Shown here: positions 9,926 through 18,827 of the stretch, piece after piece
Layout of the letters: each line of letters starts with the position of its first letter
Position numbering within the stretch: the stretch's first letter is position 1
Source: a virus
Lineage: Duplodnaviria; Caudoviricetes
DNA length: 29,004 nucleotides
Direction: 5' to 3' (one strand)
IMG/VR virus record: IMGVR_UViG_3300030392_002189
Coordinates: 1-29,004 of that record
The notes under the pieces: generated by a model
Told to the model about the DNA's origin: nothing
What the model saw: only the letters and a program-made list of their open reading frames with translations
Databases searched by the model: none
Translations under genes and position numbers: made by a program

Positions 9926-10000
9926 TAGCGATGACCGGATTCGAACCGATGACCTCTTGCAAAGCAAGCAAGCGAGCTAACCAGACTGCTCTACATCGCG
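9926..10000 (-). tRNA. tRNA-like gene: initiator-type body with GCT anticodon
   Basis: Cloverleaf: acceptor GCGATG/CATCGC with C1·T72, D stem GAGC/GCTC, anticodon stem CTTGC/GCAAG with loop TTGCTTT, T arm ATCGG-TTCGAAT-CCGGT. Confidence 0.75.
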
Positions 10001-10384
10001 CTTTTTATCTACTTTATTAAAAAACGCTCGTAATCGTTCACGGCGTTCTTCGGGGTTTTCGTCAAGCCGTTCGGGCTTGTATTCTTGTTTTGTTTCAAAA
10101 AAAGCTTCTACAAAATCTGGGAAACTTTTTTGTTTAGCTTTCTTTTTTGGTATGCTACTAAACACAAAGTAGCTTAGTACTTTTGTTTGCAACCAGTCGT
10201 TTTCCAGCAGTCGCTCTTGTTTTTTAAAGTAACCCGCTTGTATGTTGAAGAACTGGCGCGGCGTAAGGCTATAGAAATAGTTGACTTTTAATCCTATTTC
10301 ACCGCACGCCAACTGTTCCAGTTCATCCCAAGTAATTGCGGTTACTTCTTTTTGCTTTTTTTTTGTGGTTTTTTTTGCTTTCCC
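9977..10384 (-). CDS. Tail assembly chaperone, gpT-like -1 frame extension
   Basis: Frame is open from the GGGAAAG slippery site; ITWDELEQLACGEIGL...FYSLTPRQF motif. Confidence 0.8.
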   Translation of the reverse strand, partial: GKAKKTTKKKQKEVTAITWDELEQLACGEIGLKVNYFYSLTPRQFFNIQAGYFKKQERLLENDWLQTKVLSYFVFSSIPKKKAKQKSFPDFVEAFFETKQEYKPERLDENPEERRERLRAFFNKVDKKRDVEQSG

Positions 10385-10788
10385 AACTTTTGCGGGTGAA
10401 CTGTTTGTGAACTTTCTGGAATATTATGTTTGAAAAATGAAGCCATTATAAAACCACAAGCTTCAGAATTATCAATAAACAACTTCCAACTATCACCACC
10501 TTCAACCGAAAAATTTAATTCAGGATTTGCAGCATTAATAGCAGATTCAGTTAAATCCCGAAACATATCCATTTGTTCAAATGTTATTTTTTCGGGATCC
10601 ACTTTATCAAAATCCTTTTCATCCAGATCACCGTATAAACTAATTAAGCTTTCAAAACATTTACCTACTCTGTTTAAAGTCGCAACAGGGCTGTTTGATT
10701 TGAATTTTTCACTTAAAAGCTTTATACATTTGTATGAAAAATCTACTTTATACTCTTTCTTATCAATTGTAATTACTTGGGCTTCCAT
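10342..10788 (-). CDS. Tail assembly chaperone (gpG-like)
   Basis: Follows the tail tube gene; start revised to MEAQVIT; ends LGK with G GGA AAG. Confidence 0.8.
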   Translation of the reverse strand: MEAQVITIDKKEYKVDFSYKCIKLLSEKFKSNSPVATLNRVGKCFESLISLYGDLDEKDFDKVDPEKITFEQMDMFRDLTESAINAANPELNFSVEGGDSWKLFIDNSEACGFIMASFFKHNIPESSQTVHPQKLGKQKKPQKKSKKK

Positions 10789-10790
10789 AC

Positions 10791-11201
10791 TTACGCGCTT
10801 ACGGTTGAACTTGTTAATGCACCCGTACCTTGTAAGGACCAGCTGCACGTTGGGTCTTCATTTACCGCTGCATTTACCGTCAGGTTGGTAATCAATGCCT
10901 GCCCGGTGTAATAGTTATCGCCAGTGGCATCGGTTGTAAACTCTACGGTTACTTCGGCAGAAGCATCGTATTTATCAAACAAGCCTTTAAAGGTTAGCTC
11001 ATCACCGGTTACTTCTTCAACTTGAAGTCCGTTACCGCTCATTGTCCAAGACTTTTTACCTGCACGGTATTCTGTACCGTTGGTGTCTTTTGTTTCGCGT
11101 TCTTTTGTTTCCAGATCCATTGAAAGCTCTGCTTCAATCTCGTGGTAGACATTATCATCGTCTATCTTAATGCGTGCTACGCCGCTAATTGTGTTTGGCA
11201 T
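10791..11201 (-). CDS. Major tail tube protein
   Basis: GKKSWTMSGNGL, YTGQALIT and SLQGTGAL motifs. Confidence 0.9.
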   Translation of the reverse strand: MPNTISGVARIKIDDDNVYHEIEAELSMDLETKERETKDTNGTEYRAGKKSWTMSGNGLQVEEVTGDELTFKGLFDKYDASAEVTVEFTTDATGDNYYTGQALITNLTVNAAVNEDPTCSWSLQGTGALTSSTVSA

Positions 11202-11205
11202 TGTG

Positions 11206-11559
11206 TTATATTTTAAAGGTGAATATTAAACTTATATATACATTCTTATAATCTTCTGTAAATGTTGCTCTTGCACCATTTCCAAAAATTATATTATGAT
11301 TTGTTAATTCTTCTTCTACTATATCGCTTATACGCGCTGCTTCTAATAAGTTTGAAGCAAAAACTCTAACTTCAGCATTGTAATTTGCTGCTTTATCTTT
11401 CGTAAAACGACCTTCTCGAGTCGCTGAAAAAACCATAAAATTGTTTATATCAACCTTCGCGGCAGCAATCAAGGGATATATATTTTCAGCAGGAACTTCA
11501 TTGGTGATCGTGCTGTTATCTACTAATTGCTCTTTTAAAAAAAGTAGCGCGTTATACAT
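11206..11559 (-). CDS. Tail terminator/completion protein
   Basis: Synteny; 'NIYPLIA' motif. Confidence 0.7.
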   Translation of the reverse strand: MYNALLFLKEQLVDNSTITNEVPAENIYPLIAAAKVDINNFMVFSATREGRFTKDKAANYNAEVRVFASNLLEAARISDIVEEELTNHNIIFGNGARATFTEDYKNVYISLIFTFKI

Positions 11560-12034
11560 TGCTTAACTTGTCTATTTGTTTTTGAATGGCTTTTGCCACT
11601 TTATCTTCTGCTTCTTTGGTAACCTTGCCTTTTGTTTGGTTATAGGCACGGTCCATATATTTATTTGCTTTTTGATACTTGGTGCCGCCGTGTACCATTG
11701 CACCGTAATACCCATCGTACTTTCTACCTTTAGAGCGTGGCCCCACATAAATAACAGCGTTTATTTTTGCGCTGCCCCTACGCCCGGTAATATTCCCAAT
11801 GGATTTTTTAAGGTTTCCCGGTTGGTAGGTTGCTAAAACACTTCCATCCCTTCGGCTGTAACGCTTATGTTCTTTATTACCTACTGGTGCTTGTTGTCTT
11901 GCAGCATCTATGGTAGGCTTGGTTACTTTACGTAACACTTTCAACATTTCACGTTTTTTAACCTTATCTGGCAGTTGCTTAATTTTTGCTTGCAACTTGC
12001 CGAAACCTTCTATTTCAAATAGCGATTTACTCAC
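11552..12034 (-). CDS. HK97 gp10-like tail component
   Basis: IEGFGKL, APV..GNLKKSI and YYGAMVHGGTKYQKANKYM motifs. Confidence 0.85.
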   Translation of the reverse strand: MSKSLFEIEGFGKLQAKIKQLPDKVKKREMLKVLRKVTKPTIDAARQQAPVGNKEHKRYSRRDGSVLATYQPGNLKKSIGNITGRRGSAKINAVIYVGPRSKGRKYDGYYGAMVHGGTKYQKANKYMDRAYNQTKGKVTKEAEDKVAKAIQKQIDKLSNV

Positions 12035-12368
12035 GTTTTTTACAGTTTAAAATCAACTGCTCTTTACGCCCTACTTCTTTTACATAGTAAATGGCGTATT
12101 CTTCATTTTCTTGGGTATCAATTAAAACCATCTGCTCACCATCTGCTTTAATTTCCTTTTGGTAGGGTATTGCATAGGTCCGATTGATAATGTGGATTAC
12201 CTTTCCTTCATCGGTCATACTACCGGATAGATCTTCCATTTTTGAGTAGAAAAAACCCATAGATTCTTCAGCACGTACATCTTCATTTAGTACGTTTTTG
12301 GTGTCGACAAATTTTACAATCTCAACACGCCGTTGCCGTTGCCCTACAGTTGCTCTTTCTCTACTCAT
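12027..12368 (-). CDS. Head closure/head-tail adaptor
   Basis: Synteny; GQRQRRVEI...GRKEQLILNC; TAATG coupling. Confidence 0.8.
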   Translation of the reverse strand: MSRERATVGQRQRRVEIVKFVDTKNVLNEDVRAEESMGFFYSKMEDLSGSMTDEGKVIHIINRTYAIPYQKEIKADGEQMVLIDTQENEEYAIYYVKEVGRKEQLILNCKKRE

Positions 12369-12970
12369 TATGCCCATTGCTTATATGGCCTTAACAGTGA
12401 TCTACTGCTGCGGTTGGGTTTTACTTCTTTTTCGCCGCGGTACTCATACGCATCGGTAAGGATTAACTTCACGGCTTTTATAATATCTTCTGGTATTTTA
12501 CCTTCTTCATACCCTATAGTTGCTGTAATTTTAACAGCATCCAGTGTTTCAGGTTCTAGGGTTTCGGTACGGCCGGCTTGTTTAATAAGCAGTACGTCTT
12601 TATTGTTTCCGAAGTTGTACAGCTTCCAATTAGCTTCATCTAACTCGGTATATTCTGTATCACCTTCTTTTAAATACTCAACCGAAGTAACCTCGGTTAC
12701 GGGACCGGCAGGAAATACAATATTCTTTTCCCATTCTGAAAGACCAAAAACCATTTCGCGCGGTTGTAAGGTGCGCGACATATATTTTTCAGCTTCACTC
12801 ACTGCGGAATTAATACACGACTGTATTACGCTATCTTCGTGTTCCCAAAAATCGGGGTCGCTGTCATCATCCATTAACCGAAGCTGTTTTTTAGCATCGA
12901 TTAACGAAACCACTTCTACAGCGTTTTGCGCTTCGTTATCATATTCTGGTATGTTATAGGTGATTTCCAT
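12368..12970 (-). CDS. Head-tail connector (gp6-like)
   Basis: VSLIDAKKQLR and IPEDIIKAVKLILTDAYEYR..LLRPY motifs. Confidence 0.88.
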   Translation of the reverse strand: MEITYNIPEYDNEAQNAVEVVSLIDAKKQLRLMDDDSDPDFWEHEDSVIQSCINSAVSEAEKYMSRTLQPREMVFGLSEWEKNIVFPAGPVTEVTSVEYLKEGDTEYTELDEANWKLYNFGNNKDVLLIKQAGRTETLEPETLDAVKITATIGYEEGKIPEDIIKAVKLILTDAYEYRGEKEVKPNRSSRSLLRPYKQWA

Positions 12971-13197
12971 TATTTTACGTATTTACCACGGTTGGCGTTT
13001 ACCACTTCTTCGCCTTGTTTTTCTTCAAGTTCTGCAACTTGCCCCACGTTATGCGGCAAGCCTAACCAAGCAACACCACCGGTAATTTCAACTTTAACCG
13101 TTTTTGCTTTGCTTTTTTTAGCTGCTTTACGTTTATCGTTTGCTTCGGTAGTTTCCTTTTTAGGCTGTTTTGCTGTTGCTGTTTTCTTCTTTGCCAT
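12970..13197 (-). CDS. Small basic protein after the capsid gene
   Basis: Start revised to MAKKK, downstream of the terminator hairpin. Confidence 0.65.
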   Translation of the reverse strand: MAKKKTATAKQPKKETTEANDKRKAAKKSKAKTVKVEITGGVAWLGLPHNVGQVAELEEKQGEEVVNANRGKYVK

Positions 13198-13210
13198 CTG
13201 TTTTGTTTTT

Positions 13211-13250
13211 AAAAAAGCCCCTCCCGCTATTACCTGTTCAGGGCTTTTTT
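13211..13250 (-). terminator. Intrinsic terminator-like hairpin after the capsid gene
   Basis: AAAAAAGCCC...GGGCTTTTTT. Confidence 0.6.
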
Positions 13251-13282
13251 TCAATTAACTAACTAAACCAATTATGAAAAAT

Positions 13283-14602
13283 TTATGTTGCATCAGTAGC
13301 ATTAAAGTACTTGTTCACCGCAAATGCGTTAGGTTGTGCAATTGCTACATCGGCGTGACCGTTTAATACAAGACGAACACTGTTAGACAATGCACCGCTG
13401 TAAGGGTCGCTTAATACAGAAAGTGAACCCCACTCACCGATAAACATCTTGGACCAATCACCAAAGATTAACGGGAAGTTTCCACTTAAAGCAGGAACCA
13501 ATGTTGATGTTACAAACTTGTAACCAAATAGCTCATTCATTTTTTCCATTAGGAAACGGCCACTACCAGCATCAAGCTTCGTGTTTTCAATTAAGTGCTT
13601 TAATCCAGGTGCACCTAAAAACGCAAGGTTGTTTGTTGTTGAATTTGCAGCTTCCAGTTTTGAAACCAGTTCTGTAATCAACAATTTAGAAGGCACATCT
13701 GCATCGGTTGAAGCACCGGTAGGCACAGAAGAATTATTTAAAATCCCTTCTGGTTGGTTACTGGAACCACTACCGTTAATTGCAGCAGCATCAATAGCAC
13801 GTTGATACCCTTGAATAATCAATCCTCTAATCATAGATTCTACATCTACTGAAGATTGAATTAACAAGCGGTTTGAAATCTCTACAGCCGCACCTAAACG
13901 GTTAGGTGAAAGTGACGGTCCAGAAATTTCTTTTTTCTGCGGTGTGATTGCTGCAGTTTCTGCCAACCACGCAAAATCGTAATCGCTCATAACCGGTAAT
14001 GGCACATCGCCACCAGAAAGGTTACGTAAACGCGTTACACCCAATTGATCTAAAAGACCAGCAGGCGTTAACGGCATTTGCACTCTAGGCGCATTATCTT
14101 GCACCAAGGCACCACCGTAATCACCACTATCTTCACTTACCGTTTGTGCAGATGCACGTAAGAAAGACATAGGGATGTTTACTTTTGAGTTATCTGGAAT
14201 TGGAACACCCGCTGCACGGCTTTCTTCGATTGCCAGTTCGTTCATTTCTTTTTCTGCACCGGTTAATTCTCTACCGGACATTGCAGAACGAATTGCTTTT
14301 GTAACCGAAGCACGTTGCGATAACGCACGTTTTTCTTTTGATTCACCACCTTCAGTTTTAAATTCAGGTGCTGGGTTATGAATTTCAGCAGCTTGTTCGG
14401 CAGCTCTTTTTTCGGCTGCTTCTACTTTTTCTTCACGCTTAATTTGCGTGTCTAAGTTGCCAATTTCTTCTTCCAAAGAATCGAAACGCGTTTCTTCTTC
14501 TGAAGTGAAATCACGTTTTTCATTTTTGCGAGTTGTAATTAGGTTGTCTAATTCTTCAAGTTTTGAAGCTCGCTCTTGCTTTAATTGATCGCTTTTTTTC
14601 AT
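13283..14602 (-). CDS. HK97-fold major capsid protein
   Basis: Coiled-coil delta domain; GGALV, INGSGSSNQPEGIL and IFGDWS motifs. Confidence 0.95.
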   Translation of the reverse strand: MKKSDQLKQERASKLEELDNLITTRKNEKRDFTSEEETRFDSLEEEIGNLDTQIKREEKVEAAEKRAAEQAAEIHNPAPEFKTEGGESKEKRALSQRASVTKAIRSAMSGRELTGAEKEMNELAIEESRAAGVPIPDNSKVNIPMSFLRASAQTVSEDSGDYGGALVQDNAPRVQMPLTPAGLLDQLGVTRLRNLSGGDVPLPVMSDYDFAWLAETAAITPQKKEISGPSLSPNRLGAAVEISNRLLIQSSVDVESMIRGLIIQGYQRAIDAAAINGSGSSNQPEGILNNSSVPTGASTDADVPSKLLITELVSKLEAANSTTNNLAFLGAPGLKHLIENTKLDAGSGRFLMEKMNELFGYKFVTSTLVPALSGNFPLIFGDWSKMFIGEWGSLSVLSDPYSGALSNSVRLVLNGHADVAIAQPNAFAVNKYFNATDAT

Positions 14603-15219
14603 TATTTAGCGGATTTAAGGGTTAACACTCTATGACGAGCTTCGTACTCGTCAAATTTTGGTTGTACTACCTGGGGTTTATTTGTTTCTTCAAATGATCG
14701 CTTTGCTACGGTGGTATCTGCATAAGCAGGAAAGGTGACCGGGCTAACATCGTACAAGCGTTCAAACTTTTTAATTTTTCTAAGATCGGGCTGGCCGTCT
14801 CTTTTTATCCATTCTTCTTCTTTAATACTGAAGGCGAACGAACTTTGCGACACATCGCCAGAGCGTATTGCATCTTCCAAGTCTTTTGCATAGCTACGGT
14901 TAGGGGTTTTGTAGCTGTACTTTAACCCGCGAGCATCTAACGTTAAGGTTAATGTGCCTTGCCCGTTATTGCTTCGTGCTAAAATGTATTGCGGATCGTG
15001 ATTGATAAGGCAGCGAACATCGTCGTTCACTACATCATCAAAGGCACCCGGAAGTATTTCTTCTTCCATCCACCCTAAATTAGTACGGCTTTCGTATAGA
15101 GCGGCATACCCTTCAATAATACCTTCGTTAGTATCGTTTTCGTTACGTGCTTCGAAGGTTACCGGAACATCAAAAAACCGACGTTCTTTTTCGTTTGCTG
15201 TTTTATTTACTTTGCTCAT
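14602..15219 (-). CDS. HK97-family prohead protease
   Basis: IEGYAALY, LINHD, SSFAF and LYDVSPVTFPAY motifs. Confidence 0.95.
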   Translation of the reverse strand: MSKVNKTANEKERRFFDVPVTFEARNENDTNEGIIEGYAALYESRTNLGWMEEEILPGAFDDVVNDDVRCLINHDPQYILARSNNGQGTLTLTLDARGLKYSYKTPNRSYAKDLEDAIRSGDVSQSSFAFSIKEEEWIKRDGQPDLRKIKKFERLYDVSPVTFPAYADTTVAKRSFEETNKPQVVQPKFDEYEARHRVLTLKSAK

Positions 15220-16420
15220 CGTTTAGGTTTTTTTGAATTTGTTCTGGGGTTTGTGTGTTTACCGGGGTTAGATATTCGGCTAATACACCGCCTACTGTGT
15301 TAAGTTCTTCCAGTTGGCGTACTTCGTCACGGCTCATCCAGCCGCTAAATATTGCTTGATTGTAGAAAGCGCCTTTTGCAGTTAAATCGCCACGCAACAA
15401 TAGATTGTCGTTTAGTTTTACGTAGTGGTCCAGTTTTTCGGAAGGGGAAAATAACTTACGGCCATATTCCTGCTCAAAGCGTTTTATCCACGGCATTAAA
15501 CAGTCGTTTAGGTGATCTACCGCATCTTGATACGCACTGGCGTAGTTATCGCTTTCGCTGTCTTTTAATTTTCTGGTTGAAATGTTAAGGATGCGGGCAA
15601 TATCGGCTATACTAAATTTACCTTGCTCTATTAGCTGGGCTTCTTGCATATTCATTGTAATGGGATGGTATTTCATCCCTTCGTCCAACATTACGGTTTT
15701 AATTTTTCCTTCAGCAGAAAGTTTGCTGTTTACAGCAGTTTCAATTTTCTTTTTAGCTGAAGGCTCTAATGCTTTTTCACTTTCAACCCATCCGAAACCT
15801 AAGCCACGTGATTTGTAGTTATGGCTGGTGAATGATTGTGCCGATTTTGCAATACCTAACGTTTCCGCGGCATACGTGATAAGGCTTTTACCTATAAGAC
15901 CGTTATCGGTAAAGCCTTTAATGTGTACTACTTCTTCTTCGGTGAATAGACCGAATTTAGTTTTGTAATACAGCTTCCCGTTTGAAAGGAAAATATTATG
16001 TAGATCGTCCGGGTGAATAAAAATAAGGCTGTCAATTTCGGCCGTGTTTTTATTACGAACTATATAAGCCACGGCATTACCGCGGTGCATAGCAGCAAAG
16101 GCCATAATAAAATGAAAGTCGTATGCCGTCATTAAATTATTAGGCTCTTTGTTAAGCAGGTATTTTACTTTGTGGTTTACCGCGGTGCCCTCGCCATCTA
16201 CTTTTTGAAAAACTCCTTTTGGCAGTTTTGCAATATCGCCGGCTATCTGGTTAAGACCATTAAAATAAGCCGGGATGGTAAGTGCGGTGTTGCTGTTTAC
16301 AGTTGTTGAAGTAGCATCGCCACCAAAAAAAGGAAAAAAGGAACCAAGACCAGACGACCTTGATTCCTGTAAAGGTGAGGAGTTAACGATAGATACTAAT
16401 GCCTTTTTAAAGGAGCTCAT
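15203..16420 (-). CDS. HK97-family portal protein
   Basis: PNNLMT, GNAVAYI, VVHIK..G.S and GWMSRDEVRQLE motifs. Confidence 0.95.
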   Translation of the reverse strand: MSSFKKALVSIVNSSPLQESRSSGLGSFFPFFGGDATSTTVNSNTALTIPAYFNGLNQIAGDIAKLPKGVFQKVDGEGTAVNHKVKYLLNKEPNNLMTAYDFHFIMAFAAMHRGNAVAYIVRNKNTAEIDSLIFIHPDDLHNIFLSNGKLYYKTKFGLFTEEEVVHIKGFTDNGLIGKSLITYAAETLGIAKSAQSFTSHNYKSRGLGFGWVESEKALEPSAKKKIETAVNSKLSAEGKIKTVMLDEGMKYHPITMNMQEAQLIEQGKFSIADIARILNISTRKLKDSESDNYASAYQDAVDHLNDCLMPWIKRFEQEYGRKLFSPSEKLDHYVKLNDNLLLRGDLTAKGAFYNQAIFSGWMSRDEVRQLEELNTVGGVLAEYLTPVNTQTPEQIQKNLNDEQSK

Positions 16421-16465
16421 ACTTACAACTTATGTTGCTAAAGTAGTGGGCGATGTATCTATTTT

Positions 16466-16484
16466 AAGTTAACATTGTTAACTT
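16466..16484. promoter_or_regulatory. Palindrome upstream of portal (operator candidate)
   Basis: AAGTTAACA-T-TGTTAACTT. Confidence 0.45.
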
Positions 16485-16639
16485 TGTTTATATTTAATTT
16501 TATTATAAAAATCGTTTCTTTCAGACCTAGTCCCAAAAAACTTAACAGATTTCCATCCGTACCATTTTTTAACTTGTATATAATAACTAACTATACCACT
16601 AGACATTCTTACTTTTTCCGTTTTTCTAAATGCAGTCAT
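16478..16639 (-). CDS. 53-aa hypothetical protein (missing from the ORF track)
   Basis: Hand translation MTAFRKTEKVRMSSGIVSYYIQVKKWYGWKSVKFFG...; starts 2 nt after the upstream stop. Confidence 0.6.
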   Translation of the reverse strand: MTAFRKTEKVRMSSGIVSYYIQVKKWYGWKSVKFFGTRSERNDFYNKIKYKQS

Positions 16640-16641
16640 AA

Positions 16642-16836
16642 TTAGTTATTTGAAAGTTTTTTAATATCAATTATCACCCACTTTACACCCACGATTAAAA
16701 TAGCTGCAATAAACATACATACAAGGGCGTAACGCACCCAATTGCTGTAAATTAGCTCTAAATCTAACAGAAAGGAAGCTGAAAACGCCAATAAAAGCGT
16801 AATTATAAAGCGGAATATGATGTAAAAAAGGTTCAT
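16642..16836 (-). CDS. Small two-TM membrane protein
   Basis: Two hydrophobic helices; ATGA overlap with the upstream gene. Confidence 0.65.
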   Translation of the reverse strand: MNLFYIIFRFIITLLLAFSASFLLDLELIYSNWVRYALVCMFIAAILIVGVKWVIIDIKKLSNN

Positions 16837-17081
16837 TTATTTCTTGATTTTAGGTATTTTTTTCCGTCCCGGTGCATTATCACCCTAAAGCTTCCGTAGT
16901 TTGAGTATTTTTCTTCACCAAACACTTCTAAATGTATTTCGTTTAAGTAGTTAAAACAGTCTTTTTGCATTTTAAATTTAGGTAAATACTCGTAATAAGT
17001 GGCGAAAAAATCGGCAGCGGAGCGTAATTTAATGGCTATTTCTACTTTTTGGGCGTGTGTTAACTTCTGTACCGGAATCAT
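16833..17081 (-). CDS. Hypothetical phage protein, possibly a late-gene regulator
   Basis: FGEEKYSNYGSFR motif; abuts the recombinase stop; function is inference only. Confidence 0.55.
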   Translation of the reverse strand: MIPVQKLTHAQKVEIAIKLRSAADFFATYYEYLPKFKMQKDCFNYLNEIHLEVFGEEKYSNYGSFRVIMHRDGKKYLKSRNK

Positions 17082-17927
17082 TTATGCGGCGGTTTCAATT
17101 TTATGTTTTAAAAATCTATCTGCAGTGGTGATCTGGTCCTGCAACATTGTAGTGGTGAGATGCAGGTAACGTTCGGTTGTTTTTATGCTGTTGTGGCCTA
17201 AAAACTGTTTTATAAATTTAATATCTACCCCGTTTGCCAGTAAGTGCGTTGCACGGCTGTGGCGTAAGCTATGCGGAGTGATATTTTTACTTATACCTTG
17301 TAAATGTACTGCTTTTTTTACTACTTTTCTAATGGATTTTACACTGTATTTCGTGTTTTTTATGTAACTATTAAACAGGTAGGTTTTCGGTTTGTATTTT
17401 TTGTAATACGCACGTAGCAGGTCCATTGTTTCTTCTGGTAAGGGTATTACCCTATCTTTGGCACCTTTCGCATTTTTAATATGAACGGTGTTGTTTTTTC
17501 CGTTTATATCAAAAATTTTTAAATTTACTACTTCGGAAATTCGCATACCACCGTAATACAGCAAATGAAGTATGGACCGGTGTTTTATATTTAATAATCC
17601 TGCTATTACGTGATGTGCTTCTACTTCACTTAATATCACCGGAAGCTTACTTTGCTTTTTTATTTTTGGTAGGCAGGTTAGTATCTTCGGTTTCAGGATT
17701 ATCTTTCTATAGAAATGTTTAAACACACCTTGGGTTTGCTTTCGGTGGCTTACACTGTTTTTAGTTAGCGCAAAGTCTATTAAATCTTGCGTAGTAGCAA
17801 AATACGGATCGGGCACAAAGTTTAAATAGTCTTTTAATATTTTGCTGTAACTTCTAATGGTCCGCGGTGACATTCCAGCTAACTGAAGGTACTTTTTAAA
17901 CTCGTCTATTAAGTGTTGATTTTTCAT
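17082..17927 (-). CDS. Tyrosine recombinase, integron-integrase-like, lacking the IntI-specific insertion
   Basis: SAM-like N-terminus (SPRTIRSY), LPVILS; complete catalytic set GMRISE, KGAKDR, HSLRH, LGH, TTERY. Confidence 0.92.
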   Translation of the reverse strand: MKNQHLIDEFKKYLQLAGMSPRTIRSYSKILKDYLNFVPDPYFATTQDLIDFALTKNSVSHRKQTQGVFKHFYRKIILKPKILTCLPKIKKQSKLPVILSEVEAHHVIAGLLNIKHRSILHLLYYGGMRISEVVNLKIFDINGKNNTVHIKNAKGAKDRVIPLPEETMDLLRAYYKKYKPKTYLFNSYIKNTKYSVKSIRKVVKKAVHLQGISKNITPHSLRHSRATHLLANGVDIKFIKQFLGHNSIKTTERYLHLTTTMLQDQITTADRFLKHKIETAA

Positions 17928-17984
17928 AATTATTTATTTTAGTTAATTAATACTTGCAGGTATTATAAGGGTTACAAAGGAAGG

Positions 17985-18008
17985 TGGTGATATACTTATG
18001 TTAGCGGT
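17985..18008 (+). other. attI-like site, crossover G|TT at 18000/18001
   Basis: GATATACTTATG|TTAGCGGT, ~70 bp upstream of the recombinase start; no partner hairpin arm; GTTAGCGGT complements ACCGCTAAC at 18690. Confidence 0.75.
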
Positions 18009-18028
18009 CAGGCAAGAAGACGACACCG

Positions 18029-18676
18029 ATGATAAGAACATTTTTAATAATGGGAATAATATCAACAATTTTAAACTTGTTCGGCTGTTCGGGACGGACA
18101 AAGAATAATGACAGTACAAAAACAAATGATATGGACGACCAGATTGCCCAATCAATAGAAGCATTTAAAAACAGACCAATTCACGAAGAATTGACCAAAG
18201 AAATAATTGAATCTACTTCTGACGATGAGTTATTGCAAGTTGTTTTTGACAACCTCACCACGAAACTGCCAGATAACTACGAAAAAGAATATGAAACCGT
18301 AATGACTTGGAATAAGTCAAGACAAGCAATCTATTTGATTTGGCTGTTGGAAGCAGAAGTAAATAACGGTGGCTACAATCAATTCTACTTCAATTCAAGT
18401 GGACAGTTTTACAATGAAATACCAGCAGCATTAAAACTTGTCGGTGCGAACAAATTTGCCAACCTGACTGAAAGAGCGAATAAGATTTATGAAAAAGAAA
18501 ATCAAGAAATTACAAAACATCAAGACGGAACAATTGAAGGATTTAGCAAATCATATGAAGACAATCCATTAAATGACTTGGACGATGAATTCTATGAACT
18601 TTATCAGACTGAGAACCTGCAACAAATTCAGGTAAATTACATTCGACAGAATAAAAATGACTTTGCCGACAAATAA
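18029..18676 (+). CDS. Cassette 1: DUF4375/DMP19-like protein with possible lipoprotein signal
   Basis: EAEVNNGGYNQFYFNSSG motif; LFGC lipobox; the only convincing + strand gene. Confidence 0.8.
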   Translation: MIRTFLIMGIISTILNLFGCSGRTKNNDSTKTNDMDDQIAQSIEAFKNRPIHEELTKEIIESTSDDELLQVVFDNLTTKLPDNYEKEYETVMTWNKSRQAIYLIWLLEAEVNNGGYNQFYFNSSGQFYNEIPAALKLVGANKFANLTERANKIYEKENQEITKHQDGTIEGFSKSYEDNPLNDLDDEFYELYQTENLQQIQVNYIRQNKNDFADK

Positions 18677-18689
18677 AAAAAAAGCCCGA

Positions 18690-18823
18690 ACCGCTAACAT
18701 CGGCTATAGCAAATGCGGGCTGACTGCTTAAAAATGAATATATTACAACTAAATAACTTTCTGTCTGGCGGACAAAGAATCGGTTTCAAAATCCCGCACT
18801 TGCCATAGCCATGGCCGTTAGGC
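18690..18823 (+). repeat. attC-like site 1
   Basis: CGCTAAC atc GGCTATaGCAAaTGCGGG...CCCGCAcTTGCcATAGCC atggcc GTTAGGC. Confidence 0.9.
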
Positions 18824-18827
18824 ACAA

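Noticed and set aside
17082-17927. Ordinary prophage integrase marking a prophage end
   Set aside because: It is short, has no arm-binding domain, sits mid-late-operon, and phage genes continue on both sides.
17930-18000. Pc-like cassette promoter
   Set aside because: No convincing TAnnTTTG box on the + strand.
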